From Faecousia sp. (GTDB lineage Bacteria > Bacillota > Clostridia > Oscillospirales > Oscillospiraceae), in NCBI GenBank assembly GCA_045540155.1, contig JAZQGT010000050.1:16493-80492 (forward strand): a stretch of DNA of 64,000 nt, written 5' to 3'. Below are positions 47,602 through 56,045 of the stretch, one piece after another. Below the pieces are notes generated by a model. It was not told the origin of the DNA. It saw only the letters and a program-made list of their open reading frames with translations, and made no database searches. Every line of letters begins with the position of its first letter. The stretch's first letter is position 1. Position numbers and translations under genes: made by a program.

Positions 47602-49008
47602 ATGGATACTGCATTAAACTGGGATTTTACAATGGCCAATTACGGCGCTGTGTGGTCGTTTCTGGTGCAGCTGGGACTGCTTTTGCTGTTTCTGATGCTG
47701 GGCAACATTCTCCGCAGGACAATCCCCTTATTCCGCAAGTGCCTGATTCCCTCTGCCCTGCTGGGCGGCGCGCTGCTGCTGATTGTGGACATTATCTGCA
47801 AACACTGCGGCTTCATACTGGTGGATAACCGGATGATGCAGGTGATTACCTATCACTGTCTTGCCATCGGCTTCGGGGCAATGTCGCTGAAAACGGAAAA
47901 GAGCACCGTCAAATCCAGCCGTTCTCAAATACTGGAATTTGGCGCCTTGCAGGGCGGCACTTACATGCTGCAAGCCTTTGCAGGCCTTGCCATTACCATC
48001 ATTTTCTTCCTGCTGACCCGATACGGCAAAACGGTGATTTCCTATGTATGCGGTCTGATTCTGCCTTTGGGCTTCGGACAGGGCCCCGGCAACGCCCTGA
48101 CCTGGGATGTGAATTTCACCAATACCCCCGCCGCCCAGTTTGCCGGCAACGGCAGCTTCGGTCTGTCCCTGGCATCCATCGGCTTTGTGGTAGCCTCTGT
48201 TTTTGGCGTGCTGCACATTAACATCGGCAAGAAACGGGGACATATTCAAATCCGCGAGGCCCGTGATGAAACAGAGTTCATTGACCTGACCAACCCCTGC
48301 GGCAATGAGATTCCCGACAACGAATCCGTGGACAAATTCTCCATTCAGATGGGCTTTGTGGCGCTTGCCTACGCCATTGCCTTCGGCTTTATGTGTCTGC
48401 TGGGCGTACTGTCCAAGTTTACCAACAGCATCGCCTGGGGCTTTAACTTCCTGTGGGCCTCTTTGGCGGCTATGGCAATCAAAGCGGTGGTAAAGCTGCT
48501 GCAAAAACGAAATCTCATGCACAGAGCCTACATCAACAACTATCAGATGGACCGGATTTCCGGTTTCTCCTTCGATTTGATGATTGTGGCAGGTGTGGCT
48601 GCCATCGAAATCAACGACATCAAAAACTACATTCTTCCCATTGTTATTCTCAGCATTGTGGGTACAATCATTACTTACATCTACATTCGCCGGGTGGCAA
48701 ATCACTGCTTTAAGGACTTTGAACACGAGTTCTTCCTTATGAGCTTCGGCACCCTCACCGGCACCGCCTCCAACGGCATGATTCTGATGAAGGAAGTTGA
48801 CCCGGGTCTCCGCTCCCCTGTGTCCGGCCTGTACATTCTCTCCAACTTCCCTGCCATGGTGATGATCGCGCCGCTGCTGTTCCTGCTGAGCTTTGCAGGC
48901 AGTTCCTTCACAAATGCCTGTATTGCCTGCGGCATTTTCTTCCTGCTGTGGCTCTGCTATACCCTTTTCCTGTTCCGCAAAAAGCTGTTTCGTCGGAAGA
49001 ATGGGTAG
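47602..49008 (+). CDS. Sodium/glutamate symporter (GltS/ESS) family transporter
   Basis: IPSALLGG, GFGQGPG and FGTLTGTASNG re-entrant motifs; about 12 TM helices. Confidence 0.75.
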   Translation: MDTALNWDFTMANYGAVWSFLVQLGLLLLFLMLGNILRRTIPLFRKCLIPSALLGGALLLIVDIICKHCGFILVDNRMMQVITYHCLAIGFGAMSLKTEKSTVKSSRSQILEFGALQGGTYMLQAFAGLAITIIFFLLTRYGKTVISYVCGLILPLGFGQGPGNALTWDVNFTNTPAAQFAGNGSFGLSLASIGFVVASVFGVLHINIGKKRGHIQIREARDETEFIDLTNPCGNEIPDNESVDKFSIQMGFVALAYAIAFGFMCLLGVLSKFTNSIAWGFNFLWASLAAMAIKAVVKLLQKRNLMHRAYINNYQMDRISGFSFDLMIVAGVAAIEINDIKNYILPIVILSIVGTIITYIYIRRVANHCFKDFEHEFFLMSFGTLTGTASNGMILMKEVDPGLRSPVSGLYILSNFPAMVMIAPLLFLLSFAGSSFTNACIACGIFFLLWLCYTLFLFRKKLFRRKNG

Positions 49009-49133
49009 TTTGACAATTCTTGTTGATTTTTCCTGGAAATACGATATAATGTAAGGGATACAAGATGGGTCTCCCCCATCGCAAAAAACATTCTTTTATC
49101 AACCTGTATGGGATATTGAAGGAGTCGTTGTAC

Positions 49134-49784
49134 ATGATTATTACACAGAAGAAACCCATTGAAGAGGTTATGGCTCTGGTGGGCAACGCCAAGACCGTTG
49201 CCATCGTCGGCTGTAACAGCTGCGCTACCGCCTGTCAGACCGGCGGCGAGGCACAGATTAAGGAACTGTCCGCTATTTTGGAGCAGGCCGGCAAGAAGGT
49301 AGTGGCTACCACCATTGCTGACTACTGCTGCATGAATCTGGGCGTAAAGGCAAAGATGAAGCCCATCAATGCCGCCGCTCCCGACTGCGTTATCTGCATG
49401 TCCTGCGGTGACGGTGTGCAGTGTGTTGCCAAGAACGCAGCCAACATCCCCGTCTACCCCTCCAACAACACCATGTATCTGGGCGAAGCCGTCAAGTTCG
49501 GTGTCTGGGAAGAGTCCTGTCGCTTCTGCGGCGACTGTGTGCTGGGTCAGACCGGCGCTATTTGCCCCATCACCCAGTGCGCCAAGAGTCTGGTGAACGG
49601 CCCCTGCGGCGGTCAGAAGAACGGCAAATGCGAGGTCAATCCCGAAAATCCCTGCGCCTGGATTAAGATCTATGAGCGTCTGGAAGCCACCGGTCAGCTG
49701 GAGAAGCTGTCTGTACGCCGTAAGGACAAGGGTTACGGCGATTTCGCTTATCCCAGAACTATCAGCCTGAGGGGGAAGAAATAA
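49134..49784 (+). CDS. metV: MetV subunit of methylene-THF reductase (Cys-rich)
   Basis: GCNSCATACQTGGE, CGDGVQ, CRFCGDCVL, CPITQCAKSLVNGPCGG, CEV...CAW. Confidence 0.88.
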   Translation: MIITQKKPIEEVMALVGNAKTVAIVGCNSCATACQTGGEAQIKELSAILEQAGKKVVATTIADYCCMNLGVKAKMKPINAAAPDCVICMSCGDGVQCVAKNAANIPVYPSNNTMYLGEAVKFGVWEESCRFCGDCVLGQTGAICPITQCAKSLVNGPCGGQKNGKCEVNPENPCAWIKIYERLEATGQLEKLSVRRKDKGYGDFAYPRTISLRGKK

Positions 49785-50707
49785 TGAGCATTTTGAAAGA
49801 AGCACTGGAAAACGGTAAGTTTGGTATTACCGCTGAAATGGCCCCTCCTAAGGGATATGATTTCACCGAGCAGATGGAAGCTGCGGAGCTTTTGAAGGGC
49901 AAGGTACACGGCGTGAACGTGACCGACATGCAGTCTGCCAGCCTGAAAGCCACCGGCTTGGGTCTGTGCATCAAGCTGAAGCAGGCAGGCGTAGAGCCCA
50001 TTTTGCAGATGACCGGCCGCGACCGCAACCGTATGGCGCTGATGGGCGACGCGCTGGCAGCCGCTGCCTTTGGCATCGACACCATGCTGGCCCTCACCGG
50101 CGACCACCCCGTGGTAGGCGACTGCCGGGATAGCAAGCCTGTTTACGATCTGGACTCCGTGGGCATCCTGCAGATGCTCTCCGATATGGAAGCTACCGGC
50201 AACGACTGCGGCGGCAATGAGCTTGCCGGCGGCGCTCCCAAGTTCTATAAGGGCGCTTCCGTTACCCCCGTGTACGAGCCGCTGTTCCTGCAGATTAACA
50301 AGCTGCGTCAGAAAGTGGAAGCCGGCGCTATGTACATTCAGACCCAGGGCATTTTCGATCTGGATACTTATAAGCGCTTCCTGGAAGCCGTTGATAAGGC
50401 GGGCATCAAGACCCACATCATGGCAGGTATTATTCCTCTGAAGGCTGCCGGCATGGCAAAGTACATGAACGAAAACGTGCCCGGCATTGATGTGCCTCAG
50501 CACATGATTGACCGGCTTGCCGCCGCTGCTGCAGAAGGCAAGGAGAAGGGCGTTAAGGGTCTTCCCATGCAGCTGGGCATTGAGATGGCAGCCGAGATGA
50601 TTGCCGAGATCAAGGCGCAGGGCTTGGGCGACGGTGTGCATATCATGGCCATCGGCGCCGAGAAGAACGTGCCTACCATTTTGGAAAAGGCAGGCCTTTC
50701 CATCTAA
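49784..50707 (+). CDS. metF: Methylenetetrahydrofolate reductase
   Basis: TAEMAPPKG, NVTD, QMTGRDRNR, LTGDHP, KVEAGAMYIQTQ, GVHIM; TAATG coupling to metV. Confidence 0.92.
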   Translation: MSILKEALENGKFGITAEMAPPKGYDFTEQMEAAELLKGKVHGVNVTDMQSASLKATGLGLCIKLKQAGVEPILQMTGRDRNRMALMGDALAAAAFGIDTMLALTGDHPVVGDCRDSKPVYDLDSVGILQMLSDMEATGNDCGGNELAGGAPKFYKGASVTPVYEPLFLQINKLRQKVEAGAMYIQTQGIFDLDTYKRFLEAVDKAGIKTHIMAGIIPLKAAGMAKYMNENVPGIDVPQHMIDRLAAAAAEGKEKGVKGLPMQLGIEMAAEMIAEIKAQGLGDGVHIMAIGAEKNVPTILEKAGLSI

Positions 50708-50713
50708 AACAGC

Positions 50714-50749
50714 AAAAAGAGCCGATTCTTGTGAATCGGCTCTTTTTTT
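50714..50749 (+). terminator. Intrinsic terminator after metF
   Basis: AAAAAGAGCCGATTC-TTGT-GAATCGGCTC-TTTTTTT. Confidence 0.8.
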
Positions 50750-50804
50750 CTCGAAAAATGTCGAAAAAATACCCCTTGTGTACGCTTGCTATCAATGCCA
50801 TAAT
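50749..50804 (+). promoter_or_regulatory. Tandem Spo0A boxes upstream of an extended -10 sigma-A-type promoter
   Basis: TCTCGAA 50749-50755 and perfect TGTCGAA 50759-50765 (10-bp period); TTGTGT 50776-50781, N17, TGnCATAAT ending at 50804. Confidence 0.55.
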
Positions 50805-50846
50805 TTGGTATTCTATAATCAGACTGATAACAAAGGGGGGAGGAAC

Positions 50847-51542
50847 ATGCACAAGCTGTTGATAGCAGACCCTTCCGAACCCTTTACCGACGGTGTAAAA
50901 GAGATTTTTGAAAACGAATTTGACCTGCAGGTATGCCACGACGGAGAATCCGCGCTGGAGGCGCTTATTTCCTTCCGCCCGGATGTGCTGGTGCTGAATC
51001 TGATGCTCCCCTATAAGGACGGTCTCACTGTTTTGCAGGAGAGCGCCCACCGTCCCCGGGTGATTCTTGCCATCTGCCCTTATATCAACGCCTACATTGA
51101 GCAGGTTTCCGCAGACTTAGGCGTGCAGTACATTATGATTATGCCCACAGTGAACGCCCTGCGTGTCCGGCTGACGGATATGATCGCCTCTTGTATCGCG
51201 GCAAAAGAGGATCTGTCCGCCCAGATAGCGGTGCACCTGCACACCCTGCGCTTCCCTACCCATCTGGACGGCTACCGGCAGCTGTGCGTGGGCATTCCTC
51301 TGTTTGCCCAAAATCCCGGTATGCGCCTGTCCAAGGAACTGTACCCGGCTATAGCAAAGCAGTTCGGCCTGCCCGATGCCCGGACAGTGGAGCATTCCAT
51401 CCGCAAGGCTATCCATGCTGCCTGGGCAAAAAGGGATCCGGTTGTCTGGACCAAATACTTCCCGCCGAAACCGGACGGCGCTATCCCCTGCCCCACCAAC
51501 AAAGAATTCATTTCCCACCTGGCGGAAATGCTGACCCAATAA
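50847..51542 (+). CDS. Spo0A paralogue with a degenerate (pseudo-)receiver domain
   Basis: Receiver-like KLLIAD...PDVLVLNLMLPYKDG; Spo0A_C motifs PTHLDGY, KELYPAIAK, VEHSIRKAI, PTNKEFI; RBS GGAGG. Confidence 0.85.
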   Translation: MHKLLIADPSEPFTDGVKEIFENEFDLQVCHDGESALEALISFRPDVLVLNLMLPYKDGLTVLQESAHRPRVILAICPYINAYIEQVSADLGVQYIMIMPTVNALRVRLTDMIASCIAAKEDLSAQIAVHLHTLRFPTHLDGYRQLCVGIPLFAQNPGMRLSKELYPAIAKQFGLPDARTVEHSIRKAIHAAWAKRDPVVWTKYFPPKPDGAIPCPTNKEFISHLAEMLTQ

Positions 51543-51548
51543 AAATCA

Positions 51549-51572
51549 CCCCCGGCTCTTACGAGCCGGGGG
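51549..51572. terminator. Shared terminator between the Spo0A paralogue and the phage lysis genes
   Basis: CCCCCGGCTC-TTAC-GAGCCGGGGG. Confidence 0.7.
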
Positions 51573-51577
51573 CTTTC

Positions 51578-51772
51578 TTACTGTCCGGCCGCGCCGGACC
51601 GCTCATGCTGCGTGCCAAAATAAAAGGACACCACCATAGATACAATGATCATTACGTTATCCGGCTGAATTGATCCTTTCAAAGCCAGCACCGAAAACAC
51701 CGTAACCACCGCAAAGGTTACAATGGTCTTCACCTTCAAAAGCTCCGCAACCTTTTGCGCAATTCCATTCAT
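51578..51772 (-). CDS. Small two-TM holin-like protein
   Basis: VKTIVT...VVSFYFG; last gene of the lysis cassette. Confidence 0.65.
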   Translation of the reverse strand: MNGIAQKVAELLKVKTIVTFAVVTVFSVLALKGSIQPDNVMIIVSMVVSFYFGTQHERSGAAGQ

Positions 51773-51777
51773 TTGCC

Positions 51778-52032
51778 CTACGCGCCCCTTTCCAAATCTG
51801 TCAGTCTGTGATTGATTACCTTAATCTGCTCTTCTACCACCGGCATCCGCCGGGCAAATCCGTTATGCTCCCGTACCTCCCGGGTCAGCTCGTCAATTTT
51901 GGTATCTGTAACCGCTTGGGAGACCTTCATGGCATTTTCATTCTTCTTTGCGGTTGCCATGCAGGTGACCACCACCCCTGCCAGGGAAAGGCATCCGGTA
52001 ATCAGCGCCGCCAATACGGCTTCGCCCATCAA
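51778..52032 (-). CDS. Phage membrane protein (N-terminal TM + coiled coil), holin-like
   Basis: Hydrophobic N-terminus; IDELTREVREHNGFARRMPVVEEQIKVINHRLTDLE. Confidence 0.65.
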   Translation of the reverse strand: MMGEAVLAALITGCLSLAGVVVTCMATAKKNENAMKVSQAVTDTKIDELTREVREHNGFARRMPVVEEQIKVINHRLTDLERGA

Positions 52033-52035
52033 TGA

Positions 52036-52869
52036 TCACCCCATTCCCAGCAGCCTTTTCCAGGTCTTGTTCTTGGCGGTAATCTCACCGTCAACGGTGC
52101 ACGCATTATCCAGCTGGAAGTGTGCAACAGCAGCTGTAAACTTACTGCCGGCGACACCGTCTGCTTTGCCGACCTCCGTGTAGCCCAAGGCATACAAACG
52201 CTTCTGCACCGCCTGCACAGCCCCGTGGGTACGGTTTCTATGCGCAGACAGGGTCACGGTCTTGGACAGTGTTTCCGGGCCGGCTATGCCGTCCACGGCG
52301 CCGCCGCAGGCCTGCTGCACATCCTTAATGAACTGCACAAGGGAATACCCTGCCGTCTTCTTTTCCAAGCCAAGGAACTCCGCTGCCGCCTTTGCGTAGG
52401 CGATGCCCAGGGCTTTCAGCTCTGCGTCGTCGTTCCAGTCCTGAATATCCTTGAGGTTGTCTACGAAAGCGCCCTCGTTCAGAACTGCCGGCATAGCGGT
52501 GTATTTCAGCACGTGCAGGTCGGTGCGGATCTTCACGCCCCGGCTGTTCTGCCCGATAGCCTTGACATACTTTTCGAAGATTCTGCCAAGTTCTACCCGC
52601 TTCTGATTATACACCAGCGCCTCGTAGCCATCACCGCCACCGGCATTGAAATGGTTGGATACAAACAGGTCAGCGCCCCAACTGTTAGCATCGTTGCAGA
52701 CCGCCGTTAAGCTGTCATTCGAGTAAACGCGGGTTTCGCACACGAAATTTTCCAGCAGATAGTCATTCATCTGCTGGGAAACCGCAATATTCAGCTTGCG
52801 TTCCGTCTCAAAGCCCACTGCACCGGGGTCCCGGTCAGAATGGCCGGGATTGATATAGATTTTCTTCAT
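52036..52869 (-). CDS. Endolysin: N-acetylmuramoyl-L-alanine amidase (Amidase_3) with peptidoglycan-binding domains
   Basis: INPGH, E, SNHFNA, VLNEGAFVDN; C-terminal VDGIAGPET, ADGVAGSKF and VDGEITA PG-binding repeats. Confidence 0.9.
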   Translation of the reverse strand: MKKIYINPGHSDRDPGAVGFETERKLNIAVSQQMNDYLLENFVCETRVYSNDSLTAVCNDANSWGADLFVSNHFNAGGGDGYEALVYNQKRVELGRIFEKYVKAIGQNSRGVKIRTDLHVLKYTAMPAVLNEGAFVDNLKDIQDWNDDAELKALGIAYAKAAAEFLGLEKKTAGYSLVQFIKDVQQACGGAVDGIAGPETLSKTVTLSAHRNRTHGAVQAVQKRLYALGYTEVGKADGVAGSKFTAAVAHFQLDNACTVDGEITAKNKTWKRLLGMG

Positions 52870-52890
52870 TTCGTCCATCTCCTCTTTTCC

Positions 52891-53919
52891 TTACCCCTGC
52901 ATATAGGCATTATTTCCTGGGGCAATTTTGAAATAACCGTAGGATGTAGCCTTGCTCTCGTTATAGTTTTCAAACACATCGCTGCTCTGTCCACCAAAAG
53001 CAGTGTAATCACCGCTGTACAGGGACAGGTCCGGAGCTACGCTCAGTGCCCCCACAGGAGAAGCTGCCACCACACTGCCACCCTTTATAACAATTTGTTC
53101 GGCAATAATACCCTTGCCGTTGGTGGGATGCCACCAAACAGTCTTGGAGATGAGGGTACCGCCCTCCACAACCAATGTCTTGACCTTCGTGGCCTGATAC
53201 CCCACATCAACCTGAACCGTACCGCTTTTTATGGTGATATTCTCCTTTCCGCAGCCAAGGCCGTCATTGCCGTTAATGCGTAAAGAACCGGTGCCACCGA
53301 TAACAATATCACAGCCGTTGGCGGACAAAGGCGCAGAACCCGTAAGGGTATTTTCCCCTACCAGCGTAACCTGTACCGGAACTGTGTTGCCGGGCAGGCC
53401 AATGCGACCGGGATAGCCGGTAATTTCCGTGACATTTGCATCACGTAAAATGACAACGGGAACGCCGCTATCGTTTAACATCACCTTTACGTTCCAGTTA
53501 TCGGGAAGCTGCCCGCCGCTGTACTGCGTCCCCCTGCCGTTCTCATCAACAACAATGCCCTTTACCGGCGTACTGGGGCTCACATCCAGGTAGAATTTCA
53601 CTCCACCCACCGAAACTGTCATAAAGAACGCCTCTACAATGCTCTTAATCTGCTCCGACAATTCCTCCAGTCGTTCCACCGGGGACACACCGCAGGTAAG
53701 CAAGGCCGTATTACAGTCTTTCAGGATTCCCGCATTGTAGCTTTCCATTTCAGAAATGCCGGCGGCATACCCTGCGGTTTCACCAACAGCATAACCCTTG
53801 CCGTAACCCGTGCTTTCACCTGCAGCATATCCCACATCATATCCGCCATCGGCGACCGTAACATCAAATTCCGGCTGGAAAGACCGGTCTGTTTTTGAGA
53901 ATTTTACGTCAAATCTCAT
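52891..53919 (-). CDS. Putative receptor-binding/accessory tail protein with GY repeats and a beta-helix-like C-terminus
   Basis: GYDVGYAAGESTGYGKGYAVGETAGYAAG repeat; ITIKSGTV/LVVEGGTL/IVIKGGSV repeats; ATGA overlap with the upstream gene. Confidence 0.55.
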   Translation of the reverse strand: MRFDVKFSKTDRSFQPEFDVTVADGGYDVGYAAGESTGYGKGYAVGETAGYAAGISEMESYNAGILKDCNTALLTCGVSPVERLEELSEQIKSIVEAFFMTVSVGGVKFYLDVSPSTPVKGIVVDENGRGTQYSGGQLPDNWNVKVMLNDSGVPVVILRDANVTEITGYPGRIGLPGNTVPVQVTLVGENTLTGSAPLSANGCDIVIGGTGSLRINGNDGLGCGKENITIKSGTVQVDVGYQATKVKTLVVEGGTLISKTVWWHPTNGKGIIAEQIVIKGGSVVAASPVGALSVAPDLSLYSGDYTAFGGQSSDVFENYNESKATSYGYFKIAPGNNAYMQG

Positions 53920-54218
53920 ACCAGACACCCGTCCTTCAGAATCCTGTCTACCGTGGCAACCATAATATTGGATGCCATTCTGGCATCCCCGCAGCCCACC
54001 CGCAGCTGAATTTCCACATTTCCCTTATCCGCATCAAACCGCAGCGTCTCTTCCTCCGTGAGCGTAACGCGGAGAGCGTTTTCCTCCACTGCGCAGTCAG
54101 CCAGTGTTTTCTCCAGAACAACCTGTTGCTGCTGGGCAAAGCACACATTCAGCGCGGTAATCTGTCTGCCGTCAAAGGGCAGCGTAAAGTTAAATGTCGG
54201 TGTCGTACCTCTGAACAT
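53916..54218 (-). CDS. Phage baseplate-associated small protein (BppU N-terminal-like)
   Basis: MFRGTTPTFNFTLP...LTEEETL...VEIQLRV...ILKDG; position after the fibre gene. Confidence 0.6.
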   Translation of the reverse strand: MFRGTTPTFNFTLPFDGRQITALNVCFAQQQQVVLEKTLADCAVEENALRVTLTEEETLRFDADKGNVEIQLRVGCGDARMASNIMVATVDRILKDGCLV

Positions 54219-54244
54219 TTATTGCTCCTCCTGTTCTAATTGAT

Positions 54245-56044
54245 CTACGATTCCCATTGCAAACCTCCCTGCTTCCATCTGCCGATAATATGGATATTAA
54301 CAGCAGTTGACCACTGCACCTCGCCAGATTCCAGGATATCGTCAGTGGGGTGCACAGTAAGGTGTAAATACGGGGAGTAATTGCTATTCGCTACATACAA
54401 ATCCTTAAACCGCATAGGGCATGGACATTGGTAGCAAGTTGCATTTATGAACGCATCGTCGTCAATAAATGCAAAGGGCAGGCTGATATCCACAGTTTTA
54501 TATACGCTGAAGGTAGGTCCTATCGCTACCGCAGTCCAGCACTCTGCCATGCCGCTTTCCCACTTGCGGTATATCCATCCACTGATTTTGCCCTGCTCCA
54601 CCGGAAAATCCACGGGATAATTGTTGATTTTCAGTGTGCCGTTGATATTGAAGTCATGTTCACCCCAATCAAATATAGGTGTCGCTCTTGCCGTATATTC
54701 TTCGGAAAGAACCGTTTCCAGACTATCTGCCGCTCTTGTCTGGAAGGTGTAGGCAGATTGGTAATTCAAGCCTGTCAATGCGCTCTCTGCCGTATAATGA
54801 CCCGTCCCGGGCACAGGCGTCATTGTGTGCCACTCTTCTTCTGTATCCAGCCAAGCCTCACCGCTCACCTTATACCGATATTGAACAGTCAATGTATTGG
54901 AGGCTTTGCCAAAGGAGCCTTTATAATAATTGCCGCTTGCACGGACAGTCATGTTGCCGTCTGTATCCGGCTGCGTATGCGCCAAATCACAGGTCAGCCG
55001 GATATACGGCACAAGCTTCCCCTGGGCAGCCTTGTCCACCGTGACACTGGCGCTATTGCCTCTGCTGTCCGTTGCGGTGAACACCAGCATGCCGCTGTCT
55101 ACGTTAGCAAACACACCGGAGGCGGCCGCAATGTGCCTGCCCCCGCAAACCGCTTTCTGGCTAACCAGCGAAGCGCCCTTGATTGCTTCTGCTCCAGTGG
55201 AAAAAGACGCGCTGCTGTGGTAACGCACCAAAACGCTGCTGTCTCCCGTCAATGCCACAGTTGCGCTGTTGCTGTCCTGTACCGCCGGAGAAAGCGCAGG
55301 GTCTGCATTGACCACAGAAAACACCGCCGGCAAATACTGGCCGTCCTGCAAACCGCCCACATTGCTCCAAAGATGGACAAATACCGTCATACTCTTCCTG
55401 TCGGGCATGGCATTTCTTAAAGTATTGCGTTCCGCCTCTGACAGGGAGAACGTGTAGGTTGTTGCAGTTTTTGAAAGCTCCCGATAGGGAACATAAACAA
55501 CCGTCTTCGTTTCGTCCAGAACTGCCGCCTGCAAACTGTCTGCCACCGTTCCGGCAGGGTTGCTGTAGGTAATGGTGGGATTCCCCTCATCGGTGAAATT
55601 GGACACCGTCAGCAGAGAGGCCCTTCTGGGAATCCCCGTAAGGGGCCAGGTTCCGGACAGCGTCATCGCCGGCGGGCCGTAGCTGGTCCAGTTCTGCACA
55701 TTGGGGACGGACACGCTATAGGGCATGTCCAGCGTTCCGTCGCTGTTGTGGGCAACCGTAACCTGCCCGGCGGCAATGGTCTGGGTTGTGTGATTAGCGG
55801 TAAGATTAAAATTAAAGTGATTGATGGCTATGCTCTGACCGCCCACAGAGATCCCCCAGCTGTAATCGTCAGAGGAAAACCGATTGTTGTCCGTGTTGCT
55901 GATGGTGAACAAATAGGAAACCAGCGACGAATTATCCGCAACACTGATACTTTCCTCGGTGAGCGTCAGGGTAATCACATAGCCGTTTGACCATGATTTC
56001 CACCCGTAATCACCTGTTGAAAACACTTTTGTCTGCAGCGCCAT
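54245..56044 (-). CDS. Siphophage minor tail / fibre protein (DUF859-like with a gp53-like C-terminus)
   Basis: VAHNSDGT, TGIPRRAS, ATDSRG, YTFQTRAAD; C-terminal GWIYRKWESGMAECW...IIGRWK. Confidence 0.7.
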   Translation of the reverse strand: MALQTKVFSTGDYGWKSWSNGYVITLTLTEESISVADNSSLVSYLFTISNTDNNRFSSDDYSWGISVGGQSIAINHFNFNLTANHTTQTIAAGQVTVAHNSDGTLDMPYSVSVPNVQNWTSYGPPAMTLSGTWPLTGIPRRASLLTVSNFTDEGNPTITYSNPAGTVADSLQAAVLDETKTVVYVPYRELSKTATTYTFSLSEAERNTLRNAMPDRKSMTVFVHLWSNVGGLQDGQYLPAVFSVVNADPALSPAVQDSNSATVALTGDSSVLVRYHSSASFSTGAEAIKGASLVSQKAVCGGRHIAAASGVFANVDSGMLVFTATDSRGNSASVTVDKAAQGKLVPYIRLTCDLAHTQPDTDGNMTVRASGNYYKGSFGKASNTLTVQYRYKVSGEAWLDTEEEWHTMTPVPGTGHYTAESALTGLNYQSAYTFQTRAADSLETVLSEEYTARATPIFDWGEHDFNINGTLKINNYPVDFPVEQGKISGWIYRKWESGMAECWTAVAIGPTFSVYKTVDISLPFAFIDDDAFINATCYQCPCPMRFKDLYVANSNYSPYLHLTVHPTDDILESGEVQWSTAVNIHIIGRWKQGGLQWES

Positions 56045-56045
56045 G

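Noticed and set aside
49010-49133. SAM riboswitch upstream of metV-metF
   Set aside because: The leader is short and has no recognisable S-box core; only one small hairpin
52891-56044. Diversity-generating retroelement acting on the tail fibre
   Set aside because: No reverse transcriptase and no template/variable repeat pair were seen in the window
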